DNA of 64,000 bases, from positions 1,999-65,998 of the forward strand of contig CAWHCQ010000010.1 in assembly GCA_963827755.1 (NCBI GenBank), written 5' to 3'. Below, piece after piece: positions 20,541 to 30,647 of this stretch. Within the stretch, counting starts at the first letter, position 1, and every line of letters begins with the position of its first letter. This DNA is from an uncultured Gammaproteobacteria bacterium. Lineage in GTDB: Bacteria > Pseudomonadota > Gammaproteobacteria > UBA9214. A program made the position numbers and the translations under genes. The notes beneath the pieces were generated by a model that did not search any database, had not been told where the DNA came from, and was given only the letters and a program-made list of their open reading frames with translations.

Positions 20541-20825
20541 ATGAGCCGTATCGTGAATTGTGTCGTCCTCAAGCGCGAAGCCGAAGGGCTGGAATCCGTC
20601 CCGCACCCGGGATCACTGGGTGAGCGCATCTACGAGAATGTTTCCGCGGAAGGCTGGAACAAGTGGCTGGAGCGCCTGACCATGATCATCAATGAGAATG
20701 GCCTGAATACCGGCGACAAACAAAGCGTGGAGCTGATCGAAAAGCACATGGTTGGCTTTCTGTTTGGCGAAGGCGATTTCGGCTCGGTCCCGGAAGGCTT
20801 CAAACCCCCGGGCGCCAAGAAGTGA
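20541..20825 (+). CDS. yggX: oxidative damage protection protein (Fe(2+)-trafficking, YggX family)
   Basis: Start at ATG 20541 after GAGGA. MSRIVNCVVLKREAEGL...GWNKWLERLTMIINE. The stop TGA lies in the first heptamer of element E1. Confidence 0.85.
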   Translation: MSRIVNCVVLKREAEGLESVPHPGSLGERIYENVSAEGWNKWLERLTMIINENGLNTGDKQSVELIEKHMVGFLFGEGDFGSVPEGFKPPGAKK

Positions 20826-21012
20826 GAAGTGAGAAGTGAAAGTGAAGAAGTGAAGAGTAAAGAGTGATTTGTAGCGAAAGCCGGACGTCCGTTCACTTCT
20901 CACTTCTCACTTCTCACTTCTCACTTCTCACTTCTCACTTCTCACTTCTCACTTCTCACTTCTCACTTCTCACTTCTCACTTCTCACTTCTCACTTCTCA
21001 CCTCTAACTTCT
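20822..21012. repeat. heptamer-hairpin element E1: degenerate (GTGAGAA)-type arm, spacer, 15 perfect + 2 degenerate TCACTTC units
   Basis: Left arm 20822-20867. Spacer contains the palindrome CGGACGTCCG (20882-20891). Perfect TCACTTC x15 at 20893-20997, then TCACCTC and TAACTTC. Confidence 0.95.
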
Positions 21013-22391
21013 ATTTTCAGCAGTGGCGCTACCACGATGTTCAGCGCCTGGTGCGCTGCACGCAGGGCCGCCTCGGCCTGTTCTGCCGTCGGCGCGCAGG
21101 CAAACATAAAGCCCAGGTAACTGCTGCCCTCCGGCAGTGGCACCAGTTCATAGCCTTCACGAATATTAATCAGGATCTCTTTTACAAACGGCACGGCTCG
21201 CGCCGCTGTAATCCCTTCCACACGCCGCATAATGCCGGCCTCGGCAATCGGAATCATCAGCACCCCTGCGGCACCGGTCTGCGCCTGCATTTCCAGTGGT
21301 TTCCCGGTCGCATGCGCAATCACCAGCGACTCGAGACTGTGTCCGGTGCCGTAGCTGAGCAGGCGGGCACATTCGCCGCCAATGGTGCGGCTGGCGACTT
21401 CAAGGACGATGCAGCCCTCATTTGATAATCGCAGCTCGGCATGCACCGGCCCCTCGCCCAGGCCAAGCGCCCTGCAGGCGGCTGTTACGCAGCTGACAAT
21501 TTTTTCCTGCCAGGCCTCGCTGTGGCGCGAGGGCGTAATGTAATAGGTTTCTTCAAAAAACGGCCCGTCCATTGGATCGGGCTTGTCAAAAATCGCCAGC
21601 ACCTTGAGGCTGCCCCCGCTTAACAAGCCTTCCAGCGCCACCTCGGGTCCCGCTACAAAGCGCTCGACCAGTACATGCGATGCCACAAATTCATCATCCT
21701 GGTCCTCGCCGGCGAGTATGTGCTGTATCCGTGCACAGGCGGCCAGCAACTGTTTCTGTGTATCAGCGCGGATTACCCCGCGACTGGCGGAAAGCGACAG
21801 GGGCTTTACCACGCAGGGAAATACCAGCCCTTCGAGCTGCGGCCCGAGCGGCCCGGCAAGGTTTACAAGGCGAAATTCCGGGACGCCGACCCCGGCCCTG
21901 GCCAGCACTTCGCGGGACAGGTCCTTGCGGTGTGAATAACGTGCGGCTTCGACGGGGTTATGCGGCAGTTCCAGTGCCGCTGCGATGCGACTCCCCAGCT
22001 CAACGGTTGTATCGTCAGTCGCCAGAACACCGCAGAAAGGACGTTGCCGGTTTGCGGCCAGCAACACGTCAACAGCAGCCGGATCAGACAGGTCCACGTG
22101 CAGGCCGCCGGCAAGTTCCCCGACCAGTGAGAATTTTCCCTCGGAGGCCACCAGTACATCCACCCCGTGGAGCCGTGCCGCCTCGAGAAACGCGGCTGTT
22201 CGATAACTGCCGGGGGGCGCGATCAGCAACAGGCGCGGAGTTGTTTGCACCGTTGTGGCCGTATTCTGAAAAGTCCCGAAAGCGTGCAAGGCGTGGTGTA
22301 TATCGACTGGAAGATCTGCCCAGTCAGACTGGATACGTGAACCGCGTTTTTTACTGCAGCCTGAACTAACAGCGATGCGGCACCCGGACAA
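20991..22391 (-). CDS. ATP-grasp domain-containing protein (substrate unknown); start uncertain
   Basis: ATP-grasp core: [73 protein letters not shown]. An in-frame GTG near 22250 ([14 protein letters not shown]) is a possible alternative start. The C-terminal ...EVRGEK and stop are encoded by E1. Confidence 0.7.
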   Translation of the reverse strand: MSGCRIAVSSGCSKKRGSRIQSDWADLPVDIHHALHAFGTFQNTATTVQTTPRLLLIAPPGSYRTAAFLEAARLHGVDVLVASEGKFSLVGELAGGLHVDLSDPAAVDVLLAANRQRPFCGVLATDDTTVELGSRIAAALELPHNPVEAARYSHRKDLSREVLARAGVGVPEFRLVNLAGPLGPQLEGLVFPCVVKPLSLSASRGVIRADTQKQLLAACARIQHILAGEDQDDEFVASHVLVERFVAGPEVALEGLLSGGSLKVLAIFDKPDPMDGPFFEETYYITPSRHSEAWQEKIVSCVTAACRALGLGEGPVHAELRLSNEGCIVLEVASRTIGGECARLLSYGTGHSLESLVIAHATGKPLEMQAQTGAAGVLMIPIAEAGIMRRVEGITAARAVPFVKEILINIREGYELVPLPEGSSYLGFMFACAPTAEQAEAALRAAHQALNIVVAPLLKIEVRGEK

Positions 22392-22476
22392 GGAAACGGC
22401 TTGCAGACCAACGCCTGCAAGCCGCTAACCCTTATACACAGTTTGTGTTCGCCAGCTGCGCGCGGGCTGCCGCCTG

Positions 22477-22884
22477 TCAGGCGCAACCGCCGCCGGCAGA
22501 ACCGCAGGCACCACAGGTGCCGGAGCCACCGGTCATGGAAAATGCATTATTGAAGACGAAACTGGCACCGGTCGGGCGCTCCACGTAGTCGATTTCAACG
22601 CCGCGCAAGTAATTCATCGCCACCGCATCGACAAAAAGATCGAAACCTTCTTCCTTGCGCACGCAGTCATACTCATTCTGCGAATCCGTAAATGTCATGC
22701 CATAACCCATGCCGCCACAACCGCCGCCTGACACAAATACGCGGATGGCCTTGAGATCCTCATCTTCCGCCTGCTTGATCAGTTCGCTCATTTTCTCGCG
22801 CGCGGCGGCCGTCAACGCCAGAGTCGATTCCGCCAGCTCCACACTGAAACCGCCTGTTGCTAATGACTGTGCTGCCTGTGACAT
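22477..22884 (-). CDS. HesB/IscA family iron-sulfur cluster assembly accessory protein
   Basis: 135 aa; IRVFVSGGGCGGMGYGMTF; Cys/Gly-rich C-terminus GSGTCGACGSAGGGCA. Confidence 0.8.
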   Translation of the reverse strand: MSQAAQSLATGGFSVELAESTLALTAAAREKMSELIKQAEDEDLKAIRVFVSGGGCGGMGYGMTFTDSQNEYDCVRKEEGFDLFVDAVAMNYLRGVEIDYVERPTGASFVFNNAFSMTGGSGTCGACGSAGGGCA

Positions 22885-23101
22885 ATCAAGCTCCGTTATT
22901 TGCCTGCTTAAAAAGAAGAATATCAGTTAGATACAATATAATCGCTGGAACCGATCCATGCCAGCCTCCCTGAATGGGTGGTCACTCAAGCGCCGTTCGA
23001 CACCCGCCGGTCAGCTCCATATTTGCAATCAAAACAGTCACCTGTCTGATCCAGACACCCCAGGGCAAGGCGCCGCGTTCGTATATGAACCAATTGTTAA
23101 T

Positions 23102-23120
23102 GATAATGATTTGTATTTAC
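23102..23120 (+). promoter_or_regulatory. candidate Fur box upstream of the porin/FMN-binding/PepSY locus
   Basis: GATAATGATTTGTATTTAC matches 13 of 19 positions of the consensus GATAATGATAATCATTATC (the first 9 match exactly). It lies in an AT-rich region ~55 nt upstream of ATG 23175. Confidence 0.35.
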
Positions 23121-23174
23121 TTTAATATTCCGTAGAATATTAGCAAATGTTCATAAACACACACGGAGTTACCC

Positions 23175-24491
23175 ATGAAACGCGCAACCCCATTGCTGGC
23201 CTTGTTGCTCCTGCCGCTGGTCTCGGCCAGCCTGTTTGCCGACGAGGCGCCCGCCACGCCCACGCTCGAGCAACTCTGGGACATCATCCAGGCACAACAG
23301 GCAGAGATTGAACGCCCTTAAAAAGAAACAGGCGGCCACCGCTGCAACGGCCTCGGCCGCCGATGAAAAGGCCGAGGCGGCCGTCGTTGCCGTGGAGGAA
23401 TCCGCCACCCTATACCGCGAGCGCCGGGAGCTGGGCCGAGCGCACAACCATTGGTGGCTATGGTGAAATGCATTACAACAATATCGATGCAGACGATTCT
23501 TCCAGGGACCAGAAGGAAATCGACTTTCACCGCTTCGTACTGTTTTTCGGTCACGAGTTTACAGACGATCTGCGTTTCTTCTCCGAACTCGAGGTTGAAC
23601 ATGCACTCACCAAGGACAATGTCTGTGATTTTACAGTACCGGCGGGCGGTCTCGCTCCCGGTGATGAGATATGCGATGGAGCATCCAATCCCGGTGAAGT
23701 GGAAGTGGAGCAGGCCTATATTGAGTTCGACATCAATGATCAACTCAGCACAAAGGGTGGCATTTTCATCCTGCCGGTCGGCATCATGAACGAGACCCAT
23801 GAACCGAACACCTTCTATGGTGTTGAACGTAATGATGTCGAAAATATCATCATACCTGCCACATGGTGGGCAGGCGGTGCCGCGATCAGCGGACACCATG
23901 CCAACGGTATCAGTTGGGATCTCGCCATCCATGAAGGGCTGAAGATGCCAACGACCGGCGGCAGTGCATTTCGGGTGCGCAGTGGCCGCCAAAAGACCTC
24001 GGAAGCACTCGCCGACAAGCTGGCATATACCGGTCGCGTGAGATACACCGGTGTCGCGGGCCTTGAAGTCGGTGCTTCCGTCAACTACCAGACCGATCCT
24101 TCACAATCAGGCAGTGACGGTCTCGATGACGGTATTCTGTACGAGACCCATGTGGCCTATCAGAAAGGACCCTTTGCCTTGCGTGCGCTGTACGCGGAGT
24201 GGGATTTCGACGGTTCAGCCGTTAAGGCCGCGAAAGCCGATGACCAGAGCGGCTGGTATCTTGGAACCCAGCTTCAAGCCGCGCGATGATGTTGGTTTGT
24301 ATGCCCGTTACGAGGATATCGACGCCGCCCGCTCCCGTGACAAGTTCGACCAGTGGGAAGTTGGTATAAATTTCTGGCCACACGAGGATGTCGTCCTGAA
24401 AGCGGACTACCGCAGCCGTGATCATGACCTGGCGGCCGAATCCGGCAGGGATTTCGATGCTTTTGATCTGGGCATTGGCTACCAGTTTTAA
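23175..24491 (+). pseudogene. outer-membrane porin, at least three +1 frameshifts
   Basis: Signal peptide MKRATPLLALLLLPLVSASLFA from ATG 23175 after ACGGAG. The frame breaks at CCC 23315-23317 and again near 23400. The body is in ORF 23363..24289 (WAERTTIGGYGEMHYNN...). The last break is at CTTGGAACC (~24260), with the C-terminus in ORF 24051..24491 ending FDLGIGYQF. Confidence 0.65.
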
Positions 24492-24529
24492 AATACAGCC
24501 AACAGTTTGTTCTGTTACTTTGTATCTCA

Positions 24530-25060
24530 ATGATCACCCGGGCATGCCTGTTACTAATCACCTCGCTGCTGGCCGGACATGCGCTGGCCGGCAGCATCTA
24601 CCAGTCGCCGGAAAAATTCCTCGACGAAGTATTTGACGGTAACCCGCCGACGCCTGCCGTACTCTGGTTACAGGGAGATATCAGGGAAAACGCAAAGGAG
24701 ATTCTCGGACACCGTTACCCGGGACTGCGGCTACGCTACTGGTTAAAGGACAACAGAACAGCATGGATACTCGAGGAAATCGGCAAGGACAAGCCCATCA
24801 CGGTGGGACTGGTTGTCAAGGACAATACACTGGAGCTCATCAGGGTGCTCATCTTCCGGGAAAGCCGTGGATGGGAGGTACGTTACCCCTTCTTCACCGA
24901 CCAGTTCGAGGGCGCGGGACTGGCCGATAATCACAAGCTCGACCGGCATATTGACGGCATCTCGGGCGCGACCCTGTCTGTTCGCGCACTGAAAAAGCTG
25001 GCGCGCCTGGCACTCTACCTGCACAGAAGGACAATCGTCTCCGATGACCCGGCGCAATAA
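24530..25060 (+). CDS. FMN-binding domain-containing periplasmic protein
   Basis: 176 aa; signal peptide; HIDGISGATLSVRA FMN_bind motif. Confidence 0.65.
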   Translation: MITRACLLLITSLLAGHALAGSIYQSPEKFLDEVFDGNPPTPAVLWLQGDIRENAKEILGHRYPGLRLRYWLKDNRTAWILEEIGKDKPITVGLVVKDNTLELIRVLIFRESRGWEVRYPFFTDQFEGAGLADNHKLDRHIDGISGATLSVRALKKLARLALYLHRRTIVSDDPAQ

Positions 25061-25827
25061 AAACCGCATCAAGTTGTTGCGTTCACTGTACGTATGGCAC
25101 CGCTATATGGGGCTTACGGCTTCACTGTTTGTCGTCATGCTGACAATCACCGGCCTGGCGCTTGAACCACACTGAAGAACTGGGACTGGACTCCAGCAGT
25201 GTCCGCTCCGATACCCTGCTCGACTGGTATGGCATTCATGCGCCTGACATAAAGAACAGCTACCGGGCAGGTGCACACCGTGTCACTGAGGTCGGTGAAA
25301 ACCTGTACTGGGATACGCTGAAAATCCCCGGGCGTGGCAGCACCACTCATCGGCGCCGTTGAATATTCAGACCTCATCGTCATCGGCATCGATGGACCAG
25401 TTGCTGTTATTCACAACAGGAAGGAGAACTGATCGAACAGCTGGATAGTGCAACCGGGGTACCTTCCGGCATGCAGGCAATCGGGCTGACGGCGGATGGA
25501 AACCTGGCAATCAGGGCGGCGCAGGGTTATTACCGGACCAATGCCGATTTTATCGAGTGGCATCAAACCGAAAGCCTTGCTGCCACATGGGCACGCAGCG
25601 AAAAGCCGTCCCTGCAGTTTGAACAGGCATTAAAGACAAGCTGGCGCGGCACTGGTCTACCGCTGGAACGCGTCATGCTGGACCTGCATAGCGGCCGTAT
25701 CCTCGGCAGCTGGGGTGTCTACCTGGTGGATGCAGCCGCCGTCCTGTTCCTGATGCTGGCAGGCAGCGGCGTCTGGTTATGGGGCAAACGCCGCGCCAGC
25801 TGCCCGCCAGCACCGGGCGTAAAGTAA
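25044..25827 (+). pseudogene. PepSY-associated TM helix protein, about three frameshifts
   Basis: MTRRNKNRIKLLRSLYVWHRYMGLTASLFVVMLTITGLAL from ATG 25044. It continues in ORF 25162..25362 (NHTEELGLDSS...), then a third frame (GVAAPLIGAVEYSDLIVIGIDG), then ORF 25471..25827 (...LDLHSGRILGSWGVYLVDAAAVLFLMLAGSGVWLW). Confidence 0.6.
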
Positions 25828-25972
25828 AAAGTGAGAAGTAAAATGTAGTAGAGTTCCAGCGCAAAGCTGAACACCATCACTCTCACCTCTCACGTCTCAC
25901 TTCTCACTTCTCACTTCTCACTTCTCACTTCCCTTCACTTCTCACTTCTCACTTCTCACTTCTCACTTCTCC
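25819..25972. repeat. heptamer-hairpin element E2
   Basis: Short left arm GTAAAGTAAAAAGTGAGAAGTAAAATG. Right arm of ~12 TCACTTC-type units (25876-25972), with two perfect runs of 4. Confidence 0.9.
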
Positions 25973-26533
25973 AGCTTGGTAAATTTCGAGCCTTCAAGGT
26001 TCAGATTGAACATCAGCCCCTTGTTGCTGAATACAAACCCGACAATCGGGTCTTTAATATCGATCGTGTTGATGTCTTCACCAACACCCCATTCGACCAG
26101 CGCCACCGAGCCATCCACACCCGCCTTCCAGCCTTTGCTGCTGCGGAAATCCGCCAGCGCACTCACTGCTCATGAATACCACCACTATCGACTTGGATTG
26201 CGCGCCGACCTGGAAGCCGAGCGAGGCTGCCGCCGTGCTGTAGTAATCCACCGTCTTGCCACCCACACGCAGGGCACCTTCACCGTATTCACCGCCAAGC
26301 ACGAAACCGGCCTTGAGCACGGTCGGAAATACCAGCACCCCCCCGGCACGCTTCAGGAACTCGGAACCGCCTTTTATTTTTTGCTTGAACTCCTTGATTG
26401 TTTCATCAACCTCGATTTCTATCTCCATCGCTGACTTTGCATACGCGCTGCTCGTGACAGCAAGACCCAGCACCAGCAACAACGAGGCACACCAGCTACC
26501 CGCCTTGCCGCAATTTCTGCCAATTAGTTGCAT
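25963..26533 (-). pseudogene. SYLF (Ysc84/DUF500) lipid-binding domain lipoprotein, one frameshift
   Basis: Start at ATG 26533 after GGAGAAAGGA (MQLIGRNCGKAGSWCASLLLVLGLAV...). GGVLVFPTVLKAGFVLGGEYGEGAL is in ORF 26078..26656. The C-terminal half is in ORF 25963..26166 (WKAGVDGSVALVEWG...GLMFNLNLEGSKF). The stop is inside E2. Confidence 0.6.
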
Positions 26534-26943
26534 TTCCTTTCTCCTCTGGTTGACTCCGGAATTCTGCGCCATAAACCCTGTATAACCGCCGCAACACCCA
26601 AATAAAAATTCGTTTAACCCAAAAGGGGGCTTGATCATGGTGAAAAACACTGTCACGCTTTATCAGCGAAGCTGCAATCATAACAGGCTCTGTCGGTATA
26701 TTTACCGGGATTGCACTAAAACCCTTACACATTACCAGCGTCGATATGCCACTGCTGCGGGGATGATCACCCGCAGATTTTCTGCATTTCGGGGCCGCGC
26801 ACCTGCTTCTTTGCATTGCCATCACCGGGCGTCGCATGCTGAAACACACGGAGTCCCGACGACGTTCTGAACTTGCCAATGACATCCAGCCGGCTACTCA
26901 TCCACCGGAAAACGTCCCGGCGTATGCGAAGACCGCGGCAGGG

Positions 26944-29208
26944 CTAGTTACCGGCCCGCACCAGGCCGCCCAGGCCGCCCTGTTCGAGCACATTATTGTA
27001 AAGTTCGCGGATGGCAGCAGGTTCTTCCAGCAACAGGGCCTGCTGCAGCAATTCCACCGTTTCTGACTTCTTGAAGCTGCGAATCACCCATTTCACGCGT
27101 GGCAGGCTGCTGGCACTCATACTCAAACTGTCCACGCCCAGCCCCATCAGCGCCAGCACGGCTGCCGGGTCACCCGCCATTTCTCCACAGACACTGACAG
27201 GTTTACCGAGTTTGTGTGCTTCCCTGACGATGAGCTTGATCGCGTGCAACAATGCAGGATGCAAGGTCTGGTAGAGGTAGGCAACACGTGAATTATTCCG
27301 GTCAACCGCCAGCAGATACTGGGTGAGATCATTGGTACCGATTGAAAAGAAGTCGACCCGTCGTGCCATGGCGGCAATCTGGTAGACCGCCGAAGGCACC
27401 TCGATCATGATGCCTAACGGCGGGCGATAGACATCCTCACCCTCCTCCAGCAGCTCATCATAGGCCTGCCTGATCAATACCCGCGCCTTGTCCAGCTCCG
27501 ATACCGAGGAAATCATCGGCAACAGGATGGTGAGATTGTTCAGACCAACACTGGCACGCAACATGGCGCGCAATTGGGTCAGAAACAATTCCGGGTGGTC
27601 GAGTGAAATTCGTATACCCCGCCAGCCAAGGAACGGGTTTTCCTCCACCACCGGAAAATACGGGAGCATCTTGTCACCGCCGACATCAAGTGTTCGCAGG
27701 GTGACCGGGTTCGGTGCATAGGCCTCCAGCGACTTGCGATAAATCCGCATTTGTTCTTCTTCAGTGGGAAACCGGTCTCTTATGAGGAACGGAATCTCGG
27801 TACGATACAGGCCGACACCATCGCACCTGTTATGAACCACGGACTCTACGCCGGAAACCAGGCCGGTATTCAGATACAGCGGGATGTAGACCCCGTCCGG
27901 CGTTTCCGAGGGCTTGTCCGCCTCGTGCCGCAACACCTCGGAGAGCACGTTCTCCTCTGCCTGCAAGCGCAGATATTCCTTGCGTATCAGTGCAGATGGG
28001 TTGACGAACACATCACCGCGGTAGCCATCGGCTATCATCGACTGCCCTTCCAGGCGGGCGACAGGAAGGTCGAGTGCCCCCATCACGGCGGGAATACCCA
28101 TGGCCTGCGCCAGGATGGCCACGTGCGACGAACTTGAACCCGTGACCGAAACAATGCCGGCCAGCATTTCCAGCGGAACTTCCGCCAGTTGCCCGGCACT
28201 GATTTCCTCGCCAACCAGCACCGTCTTCGAGTAGGCCATACGGCTTAGCGGCTGTTCATCCTGCAAGTGTGTCAGAATCCTGCGACCCAGATCATTAATA
28301 TCACTGGCGCGTTCACGCAGGTAAGAATCTTCCATGGACTCGAATACCTGCACGTGTTTCGCTATGGTCTTGCGCAAGGCACCCGGCGCCCAGTTACCTG
28401 CGCGAATCAGCTCCTTCGTTTCGCCGACAAGACTGTCGCCCCCCAGCATCAACAGCAGGGCATCAAACAATGCAAGCTCTTCCGCGGGCAAGACGGCGGA
28501 CATGCGATTGGCATAGTCACTGATATCATCCTGAACCGCGGCTACTGCTTCATCGAGACTGTTTATCTCGGCTTCTATATTCTCGATCTTGCGGTCCGGA
28601 ATGGCATCCAGGTTCGCAGGCGGGTAAACAACCATCGCCTGGCCAATGGCCACACCGGATGCACCGGGCAGGCCCTTCAGTGAAAGAGAAACCTCCTCCG
28701 CAGCATCCAGTACACTGGTGATTTCTCCACTGGCACCGGCATGGGTAATGGCGCCGGCCAGTTGCGCGGCCAGCGTCACCAGGAAGGCCTCTTCCTCGTC
28801 GCCAAACTTGCGCATCTCGCGCTGCCTGACAACCAGCACGCCCAGCACCACGCCGTGCTGAATAATAGGAACACCGAGAAAACCATGATAGGGCTTCTCA
28901 CCGGTATCATGGACAAACCGATAGCGTGGATGGCTCGGGGCATCACGGATATTCACGGGTTCTTCACGCTCGCCCACCATGCCGACAAGGCCTTCAGTCT
29001 TTTTTAAGCGCACCTTGCCGATGGCATTCTTGCGATAGCCTTCGGTTGCTCGCAGCACAAACTCATCATGCTCGGCATCAAAAAGGTAAACGGACGCCAC
29101 ATCCACGTCCACCGCCTCACGTACACGCCGGACAATAATATCCAGGGCCTGTCCAAGGTCAGGCGCAGTGTTTACTTCCTGGACAATACGACGCAAGGTC
29201 TCCAGCAT
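26944..29208 (-). CDS. ptsP: phosphoenolpyruvate-protein phosphotransferase PtsP (EI-Ntr) with N-terminal GAF domain
   Basis: 754 aa; GAF N-terminus; GSSSSHVAILA phospho-His region; C-terminal PEP-utilising domain FFSIGTNDLTQY. Confidence 0.9.
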   Translation of the reverse strand: MLETLRRIVQEVNTAPDLGQALDIIVRRVREAVDVDVASVYLFDAEHDEFVLRATEGYRKNAIGKVRLKKTEGLVGMVGEREEPVNIRDAPSHPRYRFVHDTGEKPYHGFLGVPIIQHGVVLGVLVVRQREMRKFGDEEEAFLVTLAAQLAGAITHAGASGEITSVLDAAEEVSLSLKGLPGASGVAIGQAMVVYPPANLDAIPDRKIENIEAEINSLDEAVAAVQDDISDYANRMSAVLPAEELALFDALLLMLGGDSLVGETKELIRAGNWAPGALRKTIAKHVQVFESMEDSYLRERASDINDLGRRILTHLQDEQPLSRMAYSKTVLVGEEISAGQLAEVPLEMLAGIVSVTGSSSSHVAILAQAMGIPAVMGALDLPVARLEGQSMIADGYRGDVFVNPSALIRKEYLRLQAEENVLSEVLRHEADKPSETPDGVYIPLYLNTGLVSGVESVVHNRCDGVGLYRTEIPFLIRDRFPTEEEQMRIYRKSLEAYAPNPVTLRTLDVGGDKMLPYFPVVEENPFLGWRGIRISLDHPELFLTQLRAMLRASVGLNNLTILLPMISSVSELDKARVLIRQAYDELLEEGEDVYRPPLGIMIEVPSAVYQIAAMARRVDFFSIGTNDLTQYLLAVDRNNSRVAYLYQTLHPALLHAIKLIVREAHKLGKPVSVCGEMAGDPAAVLALMGLGVDSLSMSASSLPRVKWVIRSFKKSETVELLQQALLLEEPAAIRELYNNVLEQGGLGGLVRAGN

Positions 29209-29296
29209 GGGAATGGTTCCAGTAATTAACGGTTAGAAAGTCTGTTCCGGCTATTGACTGGCAGTCAGTCAGCCCAACCCGGAAACAAAATACCGG

Positions 29297-29800
29297 CTAT
29301 GTTCTTTTCAATCCGGCAGGTATGCCATCCGGGAACAGCAGCGGCGCCAGTTCATTCAGCGCCCGCCGGTAAACATTGCGTTTGAATGAAACAACTTCCT
29401 TGAGAGGGTGCCAGTAGTCCACCCAGCACCAGTAATCGAATTCCGGCTTGTCCGACTGATCGAGTGTTACCGCCTGATCTTCACAGAGAATGCGCAGCAG
29501 AAACCAGACCTGCTTCTGACCGATGCACAGTGGCCGGCTTGTACGCCGCAGGTATTGCCGCGGCAGGTGGTAGCGCAGCCAGCCGCGGGTTGAACCGATC
29601 AGCTCGACCTGCTCCGGCTGCAGACCGACCTCTTCGGCCAGCTCCCGGTACATGGCCTCGCTCGGCGTCTCGTTCGAACGCATACCGCCCTGCGGAAACT
29701 GCCAGGCATCCTGGCCGATGCGCCGGGCCCACAAGAGCCGCCCCTGCGGGTTCGACAGGATAATCCCGACATTTGGCCTAAATCCATCTGGATCAATCAC
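29297..29800 (-). CDS. rppH: RNA pyrophosphohydrolase
   Basis: 167 aa; [15 protein letters not shown]; Nudix box [23 protein letters not shown]. It lies immediately upstream of ptsP. Confidence 0.9.
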   Translation of the reverse strand: MIDPDGFRPNVGIILSNPQGRLLWARRIGQDAWQFPQGGMRSNETPSEAMYRELAEEVGLQPEQVELIGSTRGWLRYHLPRQYLRRTSRPLCIGQKQVWFLLRILCEDQAVTLDQSDKPEFDYWCWVDYWHPLKEVVSFKRNVYRRALNELAPLLFPDGIPAGLKRT

Positions 29801-29903
29801 TTGTATACCCTATAGTGCATTTCCGGACTGAAATCATTCTCCCATAGCTCACAGGCCGGGGCAACCGTGGGCCCGGCAGTCGGCGCTTGCCGCGCCTCCA
29901 ATC

Positions 29904-30599
29904 GTGTATGCTTGGCAGCGTTTTTTTACCCGGGACCGGCGTGACGTGGGCATTGCACTGTTTGACCTCGATAATACATTGATTGCCGGTGACAGCGATT
30001 ACCTGTGGGGCTGTTTTCTGGTTGAACAGGGCGTTGTCGACGGCAAGCTGTATGCAAGCGAGAACCAGCGCTTCTACGATCTATACAAGGTCGGTGAGCT
30101 GAACATCCACGAGTTCCTCGAATTTCAACTCAAACCACTGGCCGAACACAGCATGGAGACCCTGGAGCAATGGCGCCACCAGTATATCGAGGAGAAGATC
30201 ATCCCGATCCTGCTTCCCGGCGCGCAGGAATTGATTGACCGGCACAGGCAAGAGGGCGACACACCGGTCATTATTACGGCGACCAACCGCTTTATTACCG
30301 GCCCGATAGCCGCGCTGTATAACATCCGCCACCTGCTGGCCACCGAACCCGAGATTATCAATCGCCGTTATAGCGGCGGCATTACCGGCGTGCCCTGCTT
30401 TCAGGACGGCAAGGTCGCCCAACTTGAAGACTGGCTGGAAAGCAACCGGCAAACACTTGATGACAGCTGGTTCTACAGCGATTCGCACAATGACCTGCCG
30501 CTGTTGAACAAAGTCAGTCACCCGGTTGCCGTGGACCCGGACGAGATTCTCAAACAGCATGCCGACGACCATGGCTGGCCGGTAATCAGTTTGAGGTAA
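29904..30599 (+). CDS. HAD-IB family hydrolase; start uncertain (GTG 29904 or GTG 29946)
   Basis: ALFDLDNTLIAGDSD motif I, VIITATNRF, SDSHNDLPLL motif. Confidence 0.7.
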   Translation: MYAWQRFFTRDRRDVGIALFDLDNTLIAGDSDYLWGCFLVEQGVVDGKLYASENQRFYDLYKVGELNIHEFLEFQLKPLAEHSMETLEQWRHQYIEEKIIPILLPGAQELIDRHRQEGDTPVIITATNRFITGPIAALYNIRHLLATEPEIINRRYSGGITGVPCFQDGKVAQLEDWLESNRQTLDDSWFYSDSHNDLPLLNKVSHPVAVDPDEILKQHADDHGWPVISLR

Positions 30600-30647
30600 T
30601 CCTGAGTGCCATAAGTCTCGATTCAAATGCAGGCCTATGAAACAGCC

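Noticed and set aside
20882-20891. Perfect palindrome CGGACGTCCG at the tip of E1 as a specific protein-binding or restriction site
   Set aside because: It is present only in E1, and the other elements have unrelated spacers. It most likely just forms the hairpin apex.
20893-20997. Possible CRISPR array
   Set aside because: The unit is only 7 nt with no spacers, there are no cas genes, and the array is paired with a reverse-complementary arm. It is a tandem microsatellite-like repeat, not a CRISPR.
23318-23992. 224-aa minus-strand ORF opposite the porin gene
   Set aside because: It is antisense to a sequence with clear porin features (signal peptide, GGYGEMHYNN, C-terminal GIGYQF) and has no motifs of its own.
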